Shown: positions 1-11,271 of the stretch, in pieces
Numbering within the stretch: the stretch's first letter is position 1
Layout: the number at the start of each line of letters is the position of its first letter
Source of the DNA: Nitrospirota bacterium
Lineage (GTDB): Bacteria > Nitrospirota > Thermodesulfovibrionia > Thermodesulfovibrionales > Dissulfurispiraceae
Length of the DNA: 64,000 nucleotides
Assembly: GCA_963790025.1 (NCBI GenBank)
Contig: CAWBMP010000002.1
Coordinates: forward strand, 352,001-416,000
Reading direction: 5' to 3'
Notes under the pieces: generated by a model
What the model was told of the DNA's origin: nothing
The model's input: the letters and a program-made list of their open reading frames with translations, nothing else
Database searches by the model: none
Position numbers and translations under genes: made by a program

Positions 1-444
1 GGCAACGCCGACCATATCGCCATCCTTCATAAGATATGACGGAATATCGACTTTCTTTCCGTTAACAGTAAAATGGCCGTGCCTTACCAATTGCCTCGAT
101 TCTCTCCGGTTAAGGGCAAAGCCCATTCTGTATACTACGTTATCAAGTCTTCTTTCCAATAACTGGAGCAACAGTTCGCCGGTAATACCCTTCAGCCTGG
201 AAGCCTTCTCAAAGTAGTTCCTGAACTGGTCTTCCATTATCCAGTATACTCTTCTGACTTTCTGTTTTTCCCTCAATTGCAGTCCATAATCGGAGAGTTT
301 CCCCCTGCCCTGGCCGTGCTGTCCGGGTGGGTATTTCCGACGCTCCACCCCACATTTCTCGGTAAAGCACCTTGTGCCCTTCAAGAAGAGTTTTTCTCCC
401 TCTCTTCTGCAAAGCCTGCACAATGGACCCGTGTATCTAGCCAT
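1..444 (-). CDS. rpsD: 30S ribosomal protein S4, Cys-containing (Zn-ribbon type); 3' end runs off the window
   Basis: Manual translation from ATG at 444: [26 protein letters not shown]...[14 protein letters not shown]; follows rpsK; absent from ORF track. Confidence 0.97.
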   Translation of the reverse strand, partial: MARYTGPLCRLCRREGEKLFLKGTRCFTEKCGVERRKYPPGQHGQGRGKLSDYGLQLREKQKVRRVYWIMEDQFRNYFEKASRLKGITGELLLQLLERRLDNVVYRMGFALNRRESRQLVRHGHFTVNGKKVDIPSYLMKDGDMVGVA

Positions 445-831
445 TTATACTCTCCTCCTTTTCGGTGGCCTGCAACCATTATGAGGTACCGGCGTAACGT
501 CCTTTATAAGTGTTATTTCGAGGCCTGCTGCTTGCAGGGCCCTGATTGCAGTCTCTCTTCCGGCCCCGGGGCCTTTGACAAACACATCAACCTGCCTGAG
601 ACCGACTTCCATTGCCTTTTTAGCTGCCGTCTCGGATGCTATCTGAGCCGCAAAAGGCGTGCCCTTCCTCGATCCTTTGAATCCGAGGCTTCCCGCACTC
701 GACCACGCAATAACATTTCCCGTAGTATCGGTTATAGTGACGATAGTGTTGTTAAAAGTCGTCTGTATATGAGCAGTGCCGTTTGCAATATGCTTCTTGA
801 CTTTCTTGCCGACTCTTTTCTTCTGGGCCAT
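445..831 (-). CDS. rpsK: 30S ribosomal protein S11
   Basis: [32 protein letters not shown]. Confidence 0.99.
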   Translation of the reverse strand: MAQKKRVGKKVKKHIANGTAHIQTTFNNTIVTITDTTGNVIAWSSAGSLGFKGSRKGTPFAAQIASETAAKKAMEVGLRQVDVFVKGPGAGRETAIRALQAAGLEITLIKDVTPVPHNGCRPPKRRRV

Positions 832-847
832 TATCTAAATGTCCTCC

Positions 848-1216
848 TTATGACTTTTTCCTGAGCACAAGCTTCCGCGGGCCACGACGTGTTCTCGCAT
901 TAGTCTTCGTCCTTTGCCCTCTCACCGGCAAGTGTGCACTATGCCTCATTCCCCTGTAAGATCCAATGTCGGCGAGCCTCTTGACATTCATGGCAATTTC
1001 GCGCCTGAGGTCGCCTTCGACTTTAAATTCCTTTTCTATCCTGCTCCTGATTTTAACGACATCAGCGTCCGTAAGGTCCTTGACCCTTGTGTTCGGATTC
1101 ACATTGATCTCGCTCAATATCTTAATCGACAAGGCCCTTCCAATACCAAATATCCGGGTAAGTCCAATCTCGACACGCTCATTTTTCGGCAGGTCAACGC
1201 CAGCAATTCTTGCCAT
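848..1216 (-). CDS. rpsM: 30S ribosomal protein S13
   Basis: [25 protein letters not shown]. Confidence 0.99.
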   Translation of the reverse strand: MARIAGVDLPKNERVEIGLTRIFGIGRALSIKILSEINVNPNTRVKDLTDADVVKIRSRIEKEFKVEGDLRREIAMNVKRLADIGSYRGMRHSAHLPVRGQRTKTNARTRRGPRKLVLRKKS

Positions 1217-1243
1217 CCTCTACTCCTTTGTCGTCCATATATT

Positions 1244-1295
1244 TAGTGTCAAAGTATCAAAGTGTCAAAGACGTTGACTCTCCAACGCTAAAACT
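1244..1295. repeat. Octamer (AAGTGTCA-like) tandem units with a degenerate inverted arm
   Basis: tagtgtca aagtatca aagtgtca ... tgactctc in the rpmJ-rpsM spacer. Confidence 0.55.
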
Positions 1296-1305
1296 GATCA
1301 CTTTC

Positions 1306-1419
1306 TTATCCTTGCCTCTGTTTATGCCTGGGGTTTTCACAGAGGATCCTTACAACACCTTTTCTCTTAACAATCTTGCACTTGGAACATACCGGTTTTA
1401 CAGAAGGCTTTACCTTCAT
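1306..1419 (-). CDS. rpmJ: 50S ribosomal protein L36 (Zn-binding type)
   Basis: Manual translation [37 protein letters not shown]; below the ORF-track cutoff. Confidence 0.98.
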   Translation of the reverse strand: MKVKPSVKPVCSKCKIVKRKGVVRILCENPRHKQRQG

Positions 1420-1438
1420 AATCAATCCCCCCAAAATT

Positions 1439-1514
1439 AAGTAAAAAGTGAGAAGTAAAAAGTAAAAAGTGAAAAATGATAAGTCTTTAACTTTTAACTT
1501 TTTACTTTTTACTT
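1439..1514. repeat. Heptamer-arm palindrome (AAGTAAA)n ... (TTTACTT)n
   Basis: aagtaaa aagtgag aagtaaa aagtaaa ... tttaact tttaact ttttact ttttact; overlaps the infA stop. Confidence 0.9.
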
Positions 1515-1727
1515 AAATCTATACGTAATACGGCCTTTGGTAAGGTCATAAGGGGAAAGCTCTATGGTAACTTTATCCCCCGGCAGAATCTTAATAAAAT
1601 GCATGCGCATCTTGCCGGATACGTATGCAAGTATAATCTGGCCGTTTTCGAGTGCAACCCGAAACATGGCATTAGGCAATGTTTCGACAATAGTCCCCTG
1701 CACTTCGATATTTTCTTCTTTAGCCAT
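1509..1727 (-). CDS. infA: Translation initiation factor IF-1
   Basis: [38 protein letters not shown]. Confidence 0.99.
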   Translation of the reverse strand: MAKEENIEVQGTIVETLPNAMFRVALENGQIILAYVSGKMRMHFIKILPGDKVTIELSPYDLTKGRITYRFK

Positions 1728-1754
1728 ATATAAGCTTATAATTATACCTGTCCG

Positions 1755-2504
1755 TCAAACTTTAGTCAAGATTACAGGGGCATTCCGTGTTATTGCAATA
1801 GTATGCTCATAGTGAGCGGATAACCGGCCATCAGCGGTAACTGCGGTCCAGCCGTCGTCCAGTATATTGACATCCGCAGTACCTGCATTAACCATAGGCT
1901 CTATTGCCAATGTCATCCCTGCCTTCAGCCGCGGGCCCACGCCGGGCGCCCCGAAGTTCGGCACTTGAGGGTCCTCATGCAGAGAGCGCCCGATTCCATG
2001 TCCAACGAACGCCCTTACTACAGAAAAACCATTGGACTCTACATACTGCTGAATAGCAGCCGAAATATCCGAAACCCTGTTTCCGGCTATTGCGCGCCCG
2101 ATACCTGCATAAAGGGCCTCTTCGGTCACCGACATCAGTTTACGTGTCTCAATTCCTACATCGCCAACCGGATACGTCATAGCTGCGTCCCCGTAAAACC
2201 CTTCAAGAATTACTCCTAAATCTATACTAATTATATCGCTATTTTTTAATTTGACGACGCTGGATGGTATACCATGCACCACCTGGTCATTTACCGATGT
2301 ACACGTGCTTGCCGGATATCCTCTGTATCCCTTAAATGCGGGAATTGCCTTCCGCTTTTTTATCTGGTCTGTTACGTATTCCTCTATGTCAGCTGTGGTT
2401 ATGTCCTCCGTTATAAAGGACTTGAGGTCGTTCAGAATTTCTGCTACGATACGACAAGCCGCTGCAATTTTTTCTATCTCTTTCTGTGACTTGACAATTA
2501 TCAC
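1755..2504 (-). CDS. map: Methionine aminopeptidase type I
   Basis: VVHGIP, GHGIG, HEDP, AIEPM, SAHYEHT. Confidence 0.98.
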   Translation of the reverse strand: MIIVKSQKEIEKIAAACRIVAEILNDLKSFITEDITTADIEEYVTDQIKKRKAIPAFKGYRGYPASTCTSVNDQVVHGIPSSVVKLKNSDIISIDLGVILEGFYGDAAMTYPVGDVGIETRKLMSVTEEALYAGIGRAIAGNRVSDISAAIQQYVESNGFSVVRAFVGHGIGRSLHEDPQVPNFGAPGVGPRLKAGMTLAIEPMVNAGTADVNILDDGWTAVTADGRLSAHYEHTIAITRNAPVILTKV

Positions 2505-2516
2505 GATGTAGTATTG

Positions 2517-3824
2517 TTAATCTCTTCTGCCCTTCATTTTTCCCTTCTTCAGAAAACCATCGTAAGACCTCGTAACCAGATGAGATTCTATCTGCGAGAC
2601 TGTATCGAGAGCAACGCCCACGGCAATCAACAGGGAAGTCCCGCCAAAGTAGAAGGGGACATTGAACCTCTTAATGAGCAGTTCAGGCATGACACAGACA
2701 ACAGCAAGATAAAATGCTCCAACAAAGGTCAGGCGTGTAAGGACCCGGTAGATGTATTCGGTTGTCTTCTGTCCCGGCCTGATACCGGGGATGAAGCCTC
2801 CATGCTTTTGCAGGTTTTCAGCGATGTCGACGGGATTGAATATCACCGCTGTATAAAAATAGCTGAAGAAGAAGATCATGCCGACATAGAGCAAGGTATA
2901 AACCGGGGTGCCGGGCGACAACTGCTTTGCAATGGCCTGGACCCATGGTACTGCAATGAACCCCGCGATCGTAGCCGGGAACATGATTATCGACGATGCA
3001 AAGATAGGGGGAATAACACCCGCCGTATTTACTTTTAAGGGAAGATGTGTACTCTGACCGCCGAAAACTTTCCTGCCGACAACCCTTTTTGCATACTGTA
3101 CCGGGATCTTCCTTTGGCCCCGCTCAATGTAGATGATGCCGCCAATGACCGCCACCATCAGTATCACAAGCAAAATGACAAAGAATATCGACAGTTCACC
3201 CGCCCTCACCAGGCTACCTGTGCTAAATACCGCATTAGGGAACCTTGCGGCTATACCGGCAAAAATAATAAGTGAGATACCGTTTCCTATACCTCTCTCA
3301 GTTATCTGTTCACCGAGCCACATTAGGAATGCCGTCCCGGAAGTAAGCGTGATCATGGTCAGGATCCTGAAGCCCCAACCAGGGTTCTGGATAAATTGCC
3401 CGCCGGCCATTCCTTCCAGACCTACCGCTATACCGAAGGACTGAATTGCGCCAATGACAACGGTGGCATATCTGGTATATTTGGTGATCCTTTTCCTGCC
3501 GGACTCCCCTTCTTTTGCAAGCTTGCCCAGAGCGGGTATGACCACTGTGAGGAGCTGAAAAATAATCGAAGCGCTGATATACGGCATTATTCCCAGCGCA
3601 AAAATTGTGACCCTCGACAGGGCGCCACCCGAGAACATATCGAAGAAGCCCATCATCGCCCCGCCCTTTTCAGTGAGGAACTTGCTGAGCGCCTCACTGT
3701 TGATGCCGGGTGTGGGAATATGAGCGCCGATTCTGTATACAGCCAACAGGCTGAGTGTAAACAGTACCCTGTTTTTTAATTCGGCAATTTTAAAAATATT
3801 CTGTATGCTGGCGAGCAAGCCCAA
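2517..3824 (-). CDS. secY: Preprotein translocase SecY
   Basis: IFALGIMPYISASII, GIGNGISLIIFAGI, FIPGIRPG. Confidence 0.99.
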   Translation of the reverse strand: MGLLASIQNIFKIAELKNRVLFTLSLLAVYRIGAHIPTPGINSEALSKFLTEKGGAMMGFFDMFSGGALSRVTIFALGIMPYISASIIFQLLTVVIPALGKLAKEGESGRKRITKYTRYATVVIGAIQSFGIAVGLEGMAGGQFIQNPGWGFRILTMITLTSGTAFLMWLGEQITERGIGNGISLIIFAGIAARFPNAVFSTGSLVRAGELSIFFVILLVILMVAVIGGIIYIERGQRKIPVQYAKRVVGRKVFGGQSTHLPLKVNTAGVIPPIFASSIIMFPATIAGFIAVPWVQAIAKQLSPGTPVYTLLYVGMIFFFSYFYTAVIFNPVDIAENLQKHGGFIPGIRPGQKTTEYIYRVLTRLTFVGAFYLAVVCVMPELLIKRFNVPFYFGGTSLLIAVGVALDTVSQIESHLVTRSYDGFLKKGKMKGRRD

Positions 3825-3826
3825 CG

Positions 3827-4270
3827 TTACAATACCTCGGGCTTTCCGCCGGCCGCATTGATCTTGGATACCGCGGAAGCGCTGAACGCGTGGGCCTTCA
3901 CAACAAGAGGCCTCGTAATGTTCCCCTCGCCGAGTATTTTAATGCCGTCTTTCATTTTTCTTACGATCCTGCGTTCGATCAGAATTTCTGGAGTTACAGT
4001 TTCAACGTCGGCAAGCTTATCAATATCACCCAGGTTAACGATGGCATATTCCTTCTTGAACGGCCTGTTCAGAAACCCTCTCTTGGGAAGTCTCCTCTGA
4101 AGCGGTGTCTGACCACCCTCGAATGCAGGCCCCTTTCCGGCACCGGAACGGGCCTTCTGCCCCTTGTGTCCCTTCGTAGAAGTCTTCCCGTGCCCGGAAC
4201 CCATTCCCCTGCCGATTCTCTTGGGCTTTTTCGTGCTGCCGGGAGCCGGTGTTAAATTCTCTATTCTCAT
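3827..4270 (-). CDS. rplO: 50S ribosomal protein L15
   Basis: [28 protein letters not shown]. Confidence 0.99.
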   Translation of the reverse strand: MRIENLTPAPGSTKKPKRIGRGMGSGHGKTSTKGHKGQKARSGAGKGPAFEGGQTPLQRRLPKRGFLNRPFKKEYAIVNLGDIDKLADVETVTPEILIERRIVRKMKDGIKILGEGNITRPLVVKAHAFSASAVSKINAAGGKPEVL

Positions 4271-4273
4271 CGC

Positions 4274-4813
4274 TTAGCTTTTAACCTCCTGTTGGCTCTC
4301 TTCCTCTACAACAACTTCCCCTTCGGTCTTGCCCCTGAGCTTATTGACCACGTCAGGGTCCATCAGATGGCAGAGCCCGTCCAGCGTCGCTCTGACCGTA
4401 TTAAACGGGTTATGGCCGCCGAGCGATTTTGCAACAATATCGTGAATACCGGCAACTTCAAAGACTGCGCGGACTGCGCCGCCCGCAATAAGCCCCGTGC
4501 CTTTCGGCGCCGGATTCATAACTACCGCATTGGAACCGTACTTTCCAATAATCCTGTGGGTAATGGTGCCTTCTTTTAAGGCAAACCGCATAAGGCGTTT
4601 CTTGGCCTGCTCTACTGCTTTTCGTATTGCTTCAGGGACTTCAGAGGCCTTTCCCTTGCCGACGCCGACAATGCCGTCTCCGCTGCCGACAACAACAAGT
4701 GCGCTGAAGGAAAATCTCCTTCCTCCCTTAACAACCTTCGCAACCCTGTTTATATAGACTACCTTATCTTTTAAATTAAGCCCTTCAGCCTCGATCCTTT
4801 CGGTTCTCACCAT
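4274..4813 (-). CDS. rpsE: 30S ribosomal protein S5
   Basis: [21 protein letters not shown]. Confidence 0.99.
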   Translation of the reverse strand: MVRTERIEAEGLNLKDKVVYINRVAKVVKGGRRFSFSALVVVGSGDGIVGVGKGKASEVPEAIRKAVEQAKKRLMRFALKEGTITHRIIGKYGSNAVVMNPAPKGTGLIAGGAVRAVFEVAGIHDIVAKSLGGHNPFNTVRATLDGLCHLMDPDVVNKLRGKTEGEVVVEEESQQEVKS

Positions 4814-4819
4814 ACCTCC

Positions 4820-5179
4820 TTAGAATTCCAGTCCGCCTTCGCGTGCACCATCAGCGAGGGCTTTCATACGGCCGTGATATATATAACCACCACGGTCAAA
4901 TACAACTTTTTTGACTCCCAGTTGGACTGCCCGCGACGCTATCATCAACCCCACGCGCTTAGCCATCCCGGCGTTACCCTTATGACCGCTTTCATTCCTC
5001 AACTCTTTATCAAGTGTGGAGGCGGCAATAAGCGTATGCCCTTTGCTGTCATCGATAATTTGTGCATATATATGGTTGAGACTCTTGTAAACACAGAGTC
5101 TCGGCCGCTCAACAGTACCGGACACTTTTTTTCTCAATCTCTTATGGCGTCTTTGCCTTGCCTCTTCTTTTACACTCAC
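4820..5179 (-). CDS. rplR: 50S ribosomal protein L18
   Basis: [19 protein letters not shown]. Confidence 0.99.
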   Translation of the reverse strand: MSVKEEARQRRHKRLRKKVSGTVERPRLCVYKSLNHIYAQIIDDSKGHTLIAASTLDKELRNESGHKGNAGMAKRVGLMIASRAVQLGVKKVVFDRGGYIYHGRMKALADGAREGGLEF

Positions 5180-5191
5180 AACATCCTCCCT

Positions 5192-5734
5192 CTACTTCTT
5201 TCCTGTTTTCCCGGCCTTCAATTTGATACGCTGGCCCACAAACCTGATTCCCTTTCCTTTATAGGCGTCCGGCGACCTCAGCTCTATTATATTGGCTGCA
5301 ACCTGACCCAGCAACTGCTTATCACTGCCGCTTAGTGTAAGGGTCGTCTGCTTCTCATCGATGGCGGCTTTAATTCCCTCGGGAAGCTGATACTCAACAG
5401 GATGAGAATACCCCAAAGTAAAACTGACCTTGCTCCCCTTCACCTGGGACCGGTACCCTATGCCGATTATTTCCAGGACCCTTGTGTACCCCTGCGAAAC
5501 ACCTGTTACCATATTGGATACAAGGCTTCTGGCAAGGCCGTGGAGCGCCCTGTACGACTTCGAATCGTTGTCCCTTTCGACGAGGACCTTGCCGTCGGAG
5601 ACGGCTATCTTTATGCCTTCGGGAAAGGTATACTTCAGTTCACCCTTAGGTCCTTTAACTTTAATGACATCCTGTTTTACCTGAACATCGATTCCCAGCG
5701 GAATATCTATAGGCTTTTTCCCGACTCGTGACAT
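5192..5734 (-). CDS. rplF: 50S ribosomal protein L6
   Basis: MSRVGKKPI, LGYSHP, YKGKGIR. Confidence 0.99.
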   Translation of the reverse strand: MSRVGKKPIDIPLGIDVQVKQDVIKVKGPKGELKYTFPEGIKIAVSDGKVLVERDNDSKSYRALHGLARSLVSNMVTGVSQGYTRVLEIIGIGYRSQVKGSKVSFTLGYSHPVEYQLPEGIKAAIDEKQTTLTLSGSDKQLLGQVAANIIELRSPDAYKGKGIRFVGQRIKLKAGKTGKK

Positions 5735-5747
5735 CTATCTCTCCTCC

Positions 5748-5836
5748 AAAAGCCTGAAGCTACGTGCTAAAAGCTAAGAGCTTTTTTAATATTCAGCTCT
5801 TAGCTATCGACTCTAAGCTCTCAGCTATTTTAGCTA
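5748..5836. repeat. Heptamer-arm palindrome (NNAGCTA)n ... (TAGCTNN)n
   Basis: gaagcta cgtgcta aaagcta agagctt ... cagctct tagctat ... aagctct cagctat; rpsH-rplF spacer. Confidence 0.8.
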
Positions 5837-6229
5837 CCAAACGTAACAGAGTACCTCACCACCAACACCTTCCCGACGGCATGTACTGTCGCTGAGAACA
5901 CCCTTCGATGTCGTAAGGACGGCAATCCCAACACCGTCCATGACCTTCGGTACCTCGTCCTTGCCCCTGTAAACTCTCCTGCCAGGCTTGCTGATTCTCT
6001 TCAAACCGCTGATGACCGGTCTGTTGTCAGTTGTATATTTAAGGGTCACACGAAGCATGCCCTGTTTTTTATCTTTTATTATTTTATATGATTTTATAAA
6101 GCCTTCTTCCTTTAAAATCTTTGCCAGTTCAACCTTCATCCTTGATGCAGGGATATCCACCTTTTCGTTCCTGATCAGGAGGGTATTTCTCATTCTGGTA
6201 AGCATGTCAGCAATTGGATCGGTCATCAT
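5834..6229 (-). CDS. rpsH: 30S ribosomal protein S8
   Basis: [31 protein letters not shown]; start trimmed to ATG 6229. Confidence 0.98.
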   Translation of the reverse strand: MMTDPIADMLTRMRNTLLIRNEKVDIPASRMKVELAKILKEEGFIKSYKIIKDKKQGMLRVTLKYTTDNRPVISGLKRISKPGRRVYRGKDEVPKVMDGVGIAVLTTSKGVLSDSTCRREGVGGEVLCYVW

Positions 6230-6239
6230 AACTGCACCC

Positions 6240-6425
6240 CTACCAGCTCGATTTTGTGACCCCGGGAATAAAACCCCTGAGGGCAAGTGTCCTGAAGCAT
6301 ATTCTGCAAAGTCCGAACTTCCTCATGTAGCCTCTCGGCCTTCCGCATGACTTGCACCGGTTATAGGTACGTACCTTAAACTTGGGCGCCCTGTTGGATT
6401 TTTCAATTAAACACGTTTTTGCCAC
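6240..6425 (-). CDS. rpsZ: 30S ribosomal protein S14, short Zn-binding type
   Basis: [10 protein letters not shown]...LCRICFR; GTG start after AGGAG. Confidence 0.97.
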   Translation of the reverse strand: MAKTCLIEKSNRAPKFKVRTYNRCKSCGRPRGYMRKFGLCRICFRTLALRGFIPGVTKSSW

Positions 6426-6460
6426 CAAACTCCTCCTTTATGGGACTGCAAAACAATCCC

Positions 6461-7003
6461 TTATTTTCTGAAAGGGATGCCCATGTGCCTGAGTAATGAT
6501 CTGCATTCGGTATCGCTCTTAGCAGAAGTGCACATGGTTATATCAAGACCATGTACCATTTCGACTTTATCATAATTTATTTCAGGGAATATGTACTGCT
6601 CCTTCAAGCCGAAAGAGTAGTTCCCCCTTCCGTCAAAGGACTTCGTAGACAGCCCCCTGAAATCCCTGATCCTCGGCAGGGAAATATTGATCAGTCTGTC
6701 GAGGAATTCATACATACGTTCGCCCCTTAACGTCACCTTGCATCCGAGCGGAACGCCTTCCTTGAGTTTGAATCCTGCAATCGCCTTCTTCGATTTCGTG
6801 ACCAGCGGCTTCTGCCCGGTAATCACAGTAAGTTCCTTTTCGGCCGTATCAAGGAGCTTGATATTCTGAGTGGCTTCGCCCAGGGTGACATGGACAACAA
6901 TCTTCTGCAGCTTGGGGACCTGCATAATATTCTTATATGAAAATTCTTTCATAACCTCGGGAATAACTTCCTTCGTATATTTTTCCTTCAGACGCGGCGT
7001 CAT
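6461..7003 (-). CDS. rplE: 50S ribosomal protein L5
   Basis: [21 protein letters not shown]. Confidence 0.99.
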   Translation of the reverse strand: MTPRLKEKYTKEVIPEVMKEFSYKNIMQVPKLQKIVVHVTLGEATQNIKLLDTAEKELTVITGQKPLVTKSKKAIAGFKLKEGVPLGCKVTLRGERMYEFLDRLINISLPRIRDFRGLSTKSFDGRGNYSFGLKEQYIFPEINYDKVEMVHGLDITMCTSAKSDTECRSLLRHMGIPFRK

Positions 7004-7005
7004 GA

Positions 7006-7323
7006 CTAATCAAGCACCTCCTTGCACTTCCTGCACGTCCTCAGCTTTTTGCCGTCATCGAGGACCGTATTGCCGATCCTGGTCGGCTTGCTGCATTTCG
7101 GACATAAAAACATTATATTTGAAATATGTATGGGCCCTTCCTTTTCGATGATACCGCCCTGTGCATATTTTTTATTGGGTTTTGTATGCCTTTTAATGAT
7201 ATTGACACCCTCAATTGTCACCCTTTCACTGACAGGAGAAACCGAAAGGACCCTTCCCTTCTTGCCTTTATTTTTTCCGGTCATCACCATGGCGGTGTCG
7301 CCTTTTTTTATTCCTAACCCCAC
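7006..7323 (-). CDS. rplX: 50S ribosomal protein L24
   Basis: KKGD...[11 protein letters not shown] motif, [14 protein letters not shown]. Confidence 0.98.
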   Translation of the reverse strand: MGLGIKKGDTAMVMTGKNKGKKGRVLSVSPVSERVTIEGVNIIKRHTKPNKKYAQGGIIEKEGPIHISNIMFLCPKCSKPTRIGNTVLDDGKKLRTCRKCKEVLD

Positions 7324-7344
7324 TGTATCCTCCTTCTCAAAGAC

Positions 7345-7446
7345 AAGTAAAAAGTAAAAAGTTAAAGGATTAAAGAAAATATCATCTGTTCGCTTTTTTT
7401 CATTTGTTTTTACTTTTTACTTCTCACTTTTTACTTTTTACTTGCT
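7345..7446. repeat. Heptamer-arm palindrome (AAGTAAA)n ... (TTTACTT)n, inverted relative of 1439-1514
   Basis: aagtaaa aagtaaa aagttaa ... ttttact ttttact tctcact ttttact ttttact. Confidence 0.9.
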
Positions 7447-7447
7447 T

Positions 7448-7816
7448 TTATAACACCTCGGGAGCAAGCGATATGATCTTCATGAATTCCTTCCATCTCA
7501 GCTCTCGTGCAACGGGTCCGAAAATTCTCGTCCCAACAGGCTCCATCTGGGCGTTTAAAAGTACAACTGCGTTCTGGTCAAACCTTATGTATGAGCCATC
7601 AGGACGTCTGGTTTCCTTTTTAGTCCTCACCACAACAGCCTTGGACACAGCACCCTTTTTCACATTACCTTCGGGAATCGCTTCTTTAACGCTCACCACA
7701 ATAATGTCACCAAGCCGGGCATACCTTCTATTAGAACCCCCGAGGACTCTGATACACATTACTCTCTTGGCTCCCGAGTTGTCGGCTACCTCAAGGATGC
7801 TTAAATTCTGTATCAT
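7448..7816 (-). CDS. rplN: 50S ribosomal protein L14
   Basis: [19 protein letters not shown]. Confidence 0.99.
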   Translation of the reverse strand: MIQNLSILEVADNSGAKRVMCIRVLGGSNRRYARLGDIIVVSVKEAIPEGNVKKGAVSKAVVVRTKKETRRPDGSYIRFDQNAVVLLNAQMEPVGTRIFGPVARELRWKEFMKIISLAPEVL

Positions 7817-8065
7817 TTACTTAACCTCGCCTTGAACTATTTTAATTACCTGCCAGCGTTTGTCTCCGCTCAGAGGTCTGCTTTCAACTATCTCGACCAT
7901 ATCGCCCTCTTTACACTTATTCTCCCCGTCGTGAGCTTTGAGCTTTGTAACCTTCTTGACGGTTTTCCTATAGAGAGGATGCTGAAACGTCCTGGTCACC
8001 GCCACCACAACGGTCTTATCCATCTTATCGCTGACTACTTTTCCAGTGTATGTCTTCTTAGGCAT
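7817..8065 (-). CDS. rpsQ: 30S ribosomal protein S17
   Basis: [20 protein letters not shown]. Confidence 0.99.
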   Translation of the reverse strand: MPKKTYTGKVVSDKMDKTVVVAVTRTFQHPLYRKTVKKVTKLKAHDGENKCKEGDMVEIVESRPLSGDKRWQVIKIVQGEVK

Positions 8066-8282
8066 TTATGGCGCCTCCTTTGCCGGTCCCCGCGTGAGGC
8101 TCCTTTTCCGTAATGACCGTCAGTATTTTCGCTATCTCCTTACGCACCGCGCGTACCCTCATATTACTCGGCAATTCGCCAGTCGCAAGCTTAAACCTGA
8201 GGTTGAACAGTTCCTTTCTCAAGTCCATCTCTTTCTGCTTCAATTCCTCTACTGACAACGCCCTTATTTCAGAAGATTTCAT
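8058..8282 (-). CDS. rpmC: 50S ribosomal protein L29
   Basis: [20 protein letters not shown]; operon position. Confidence 0.97.
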   Translation of the reverse strand: MKSSEIRALSVEELKQKEMDLRKELFNLRFKLATGELPSNMRVRAVRKEIAKILTVITEKEPHAGTGKGGAINA

Positions 8283-8698
8283 AACTCTGTTACCTCTCTT
8301 CTGACAAATTTCGTAGCGAAAGGCAGTTTCCTTGAGGCCAGCTTGAATGCCTCTTTTGCAATGTCTTCGGAAACCCCGGAAACCTCATACAATACTCTTC
8401 CAGGACTTACCACGGCAACCCAGTATTCGGGATTGCCCTTGCCTTTACCCATTCTGGTCTCAGCAGGCTTTTTCGTTATCGGCTTATCAGGGAAAACCCT
8501 TATCCACACCTTGCAGCCTTTCTTGGCATGGCGCGTTATGGCAACCCTGGCGGCCTCTATCTGGCGGCTGGAAATCCAGCCGGGCTCCATCGCTTTCATA
8601 CCGAATTCGCCGAAACTGACGTCCGAGCCCCGGTACGCCTTGCCGTTCATATTGCCTTTCATTAATTTCCTGAATTTAACTTTTTTTGGTGCCAGCAT
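8279..8698 (-). CDS. rplP: 50S ribosomal protein L16
   Basis: [24 protein letters not shown]. Confidence 0.99.
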   Translation of the reverse strand: MLAPKKVKFRKLMKGNMNGKAYRGSDVSFGEFGMKAMEPGWISSRQIEAARVAITRHAKKGCKVWIRVFPDKPITKKPAETRMGKGKGNPEYWVAVVSPGRVLYEVSGVSEDIAKEAFKLASRKLPFATKFVRREVTEL

Positions 8699-8713
8699 AT
8701 ATTACTCTCCTAA

Positions 8714-9367
8714 TTATTCGCCTACCAGGGCCGCGGGCTTTTCGGCAAGTATATCGCCATGATACAGCCATACCTTTATACCGATTGCACCGAATGTCGT
8801 CCGTGCCTCTGCAAATCCATAATCTATATTTGCCCTGAAGGTGCTGAGAGGCACCCTGCCTTCCCTGTACCATTCCGTTCTTGCGATTTCAGCCCCGGCC
8901 AGCCTCCCCGAGCACTGCACCTTGATCCCCAGTGCACCGAATCTGACAGCCGACGCCACAGCACGCTTAAGCGCCCTTCTAAAGGCAACCCTCTTTTCCA
9001 GTTGCAATGCTATATTCTCCGACACAAGCTGAGCATCCACTTCCGGTTTCCTGATCTCTTTTATATCAATTGCAACCTGCTTCCCCGTGGCCTCTTCCAG
9101 TTCTTTCTTCAGCTTTTCGACTTCAGCGCCTTTTTTTCCGATAATGATACCCGGTCGGGCTGTATGTATAATAACTTTCAGCTTCTGTCCCGGCCGTTCT
9201 ATCTCCACCCTTGAGACACCGGCATGGAAAAGCTTTTTCTTTATCGACTTACGCACCTCTATATCTTCGAGGAGATACTTCGAGTATCCCTTCTTGAGAA
9301 ACCACCGGGATTCCCATGTCCTTATAATGCCCAGCCTGTTACCGATAGGATTTGTCTTCTGCCCCAA
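8714..9367 (-). CDS. rpsC: 30S ribosomal protein S3
   Basis: [31 protein letters not shown] start inferred. Confidence 0.98.
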   Translation of the reverse strand: MGQKTNPIGNRLGIIRTWESRWFLKKGYSKYLLEDIEVRKSIKKKLFHAGVSRVEIERPGQKLKVIIHTARPGIIIGKKGAEVEKLKKELEEATGKQVAIDIKEIRKPEVDAQLVSENIALQLEKRVAFRRALKRAVASAVRFGALGIKVQCSGRLAGAEIARTEWYREGRVPLSTFRANIDYGFAEARTTFGAIGIKVWLYHGDILAEKPAALVGE

Positions 9368-9384
9368 ATCAACACCCCCCATCG

Positions 9385-9420
9385 AAGATTTGAAATTTGA
9401 TATTTAAAATTTGATATTTT
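9385..9420. repeat. One-armed heptamer run (GAWATTT)n
   Basis: aagattt gaaattt gatattt aaaattt gatattt in the rplV-rpsC spacer. Confidence 0.7.
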
Positions 9421-9424
9421 GGCA

Positions 9425-9760
9425 TTACTCCTCCGAAAGAATAATGGTTATGTGACAAGATCTCTTCTTGAGAACATTGGCCCTTCCCATAGACCTAGGT
9501 TCCATGCGTTTCATAAAGGAAGCACTATCGACAAAAGCCGTTTTTATTTTAAGTTTATCAATGTCTACCTGGGTATTTTTCTGTTCTGCGTTAGACATCG
9601 CCGATTTCAAGAGCTTTTCAACAGAGCGTGCCCCTCTGTATGGCATATATCTGAGTGAAAGCAGCGCCTCGGCCGCCCTTTTCCCCCTGATAAGATCCAC
9701 AACCCTTCTGGCTTTCCTGGCTGTAATTTTCGCATTTCGTAATATTGCTTTCGATACCAT
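9425..9760 (-). CDS. rplV: 50S ribosomal protein L22
   Basis: RKARRVVDLIRG, KLLKSA, HITI. Confidence 0.99.
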   Translation of the reverse strand: MVSKAILRNAKITARKARRVVDLIRGKRAAEALLSLRYMPYRGARSVEKLLKSAMSNAEQKNTQVDIDKLKIKTAFVDSASFMKRMEPRSMGRANVLKKRSCHITIILSEE

Positions 9761-9765
9761 ATCAA

Positions 9766-10056
9766 TTACCCTTTCCCCGCAGTAGCAGCCTTCGCAGAAG
9801 CGCCCGAGTGGCCCTTAAAAGTCCTCGTCGGTGAAAATTCGCCGAGCTTATGCCCAACCATGTTCTCAGTAACATAAACGGGGATGAACTTTTTCCCATT
9901 ATGAACGGCGAAGGTAAAACCCACAAACTCAGGCACAACAGTGGAACGTCTTGACCAGGTCTTGATCATCCTTTTTTCACCGGCGCCAGTCATCATCAAT
10001 ACTTTTTTTAACAGCTTTGGCTCAACAAACGGCCCTTTTTTTAAGGATCGTGGCAC
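9766..10056 (-). CDS. rpsS: 30S ribosomal protein S19
   Basis: [22 protein letters not shown]. Confidence 0.99.
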   Translation of the reverse strand: MPRSLKKGPFVEPKLLKKVLMMTGAGEKRMIKTWSRRSTVVPEFVGFTFAVHNGKKFIPVYVTENMVGHKLGEFSPTRTFKGHSGASAKAATAGKG

Positions 10057-10077
10057 GTAATCCCTCCTCTTTAAAAC

Positions 10078-10154
10078 CAGGTTGAGGTTGAGGTTAAGTA
10101 AAAAGATGCTAACGTCTTTGCTTTTTTCTTAACCTCAGCCTTAACCTCGGCCTT
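10078..10154. repeat. Hexamer-arm palindrome (AGGTTG)n ... (YAACCT)n
   Basis: aggttg aggttg aggtta ... taacct cagcct taacct cggcct in the rplB-rpsS spacer. Confidence 0.85.
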
Positions 10155-10158
10155 GTCT

Positions 10159-10980
10159 CTATTTACCGCGTCTTTTTACGATTAACCTGTCAGTCCTTTT
10201 ATTGTTTCTTGTCTTTACGCCTTCCGGTTTGCCCCACGGTGAGCATGGCGGCCTGCCGCCGGACGATCTGCCTTCTCCGCCGCCGAGCGGATGATCATGC
10301 GGGTTCATAACAACTCCCCTCACATGAGGCCTTATCCCCAAATACCGCCTCCTGCCCGCTTTTCCATAAGAGATGTTTTCGTACTCCACATTTCCCACCT
10401 GGCCGACGGTCGCCATGCAAGAGGCCGCAACATACCGCGCCTCCCCCGAAGGCAGCTTTATATGGGCCAGCTGCCCCTCTTTGGCAACTAACTGCGCGGC
10501 AGCCCCTGCGCCTCTGACCAATTTTGCACCCTGGCCTGGATTAAGTTCAATATTATGGATCATGGTGCCGAGTGGTATTTCCTTTATCATTAATGCATTG
10601 CCCGGCTTGATTTCAGCATCCGACCCTGACATAACGGTATCTCCCACATTGAGCCCGACAGGCGCTAGGATGTAACGGTACTCACCGTCCCTATATTTCA
10701 ACAGGGCGATACGGGCAGATCTGTTGGGGTCATATTCAATCGTTGACACCGTCGCGGGAATGCCGGTCTTATTGCGGTTAAAATCAATAATCCTGTATTG
10801 CCGCTTATTGCCGCCTCCCTTCTGCCAGCTTGTCACCTCGCCGGTATTATTCCTGCCGCCGCTACTCTTGAGCGGTGACGTAAGCGGTTTATGAGGTTTA
10901 TCAGTAGTTACTTCACTGTAATCTGATGAACTCTGAAATCTTCTGCCGGGAGATGTCGGCTTAAACTTTCTTATTCCCAT
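10159..10980 (-). CDS. rplB: 50S ribosomal protein L2
   Basis: [30 protein letters not shown]. Confidence 0.99.
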   Translation of the reverse strand: MGIRKFKPTSPGRRFQSSSDYSEVTTDKPHKPLTSPLKSSGGRNNTGEVTSWQKGGGNKRQYRIIDFNRNKTGIPATVSTIEYDPNRSARIALLKYRDGEYRYILAPVGLNVGDTVMSGSDAEIKPGNALMIKEIPLGTMIHNIELNPGQGAKLVRGAGAAAQLVAKEGQLAHIKLPSGEARYVAASCMATVGQVGNVEYENISYGKAGRRRYLGIRPHVRGVVMNPHDHPLGGGEGRSSGGRPPCSPWGKPEGVKTRNNKRTDRLIVKRRGK

Positions 10981-11271
10981 TTACACACCCTCTATAAAGT
11001 CGAGTTTTTCACCCGGTTTCAACGTTATTATAGCTTTCTTCCTGTCGGACCTTCTGCCTGTCGACCTTCCGTACCGCTTCAGTTTTCCCCTGACATTTAT
11101 AGTTGCAACCTTTTCAACCTTGACTTTAAATATTTCCTCCACGGCCTGCCTTACTTCGTGTTTATTGGCCCTCGGATCGATTTCAACAAGAATCTTATTT
11201 TCCCTCTCCTTCATGTCCATGCCTTTTTCATTAAAAAGAGGTTTTTTTATAATGTCGTAAATTATCTTCAT
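10981..11271 (-). CDS. rplW: 50S ribosomal protein L23
   Basis: ANKHEVRQAVE.IFKVKV, KKAIITL. Confidence 0.98.
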   Translation of the reverse strand: MKIIYDIIKKPLFNEKGMDMKERENKILVEIDPRANKHEVRQAVEEIFKVKVEKVATINVRGKLKRYGRSTGRRSDRKKAIITLKPGEKLDFIEGV

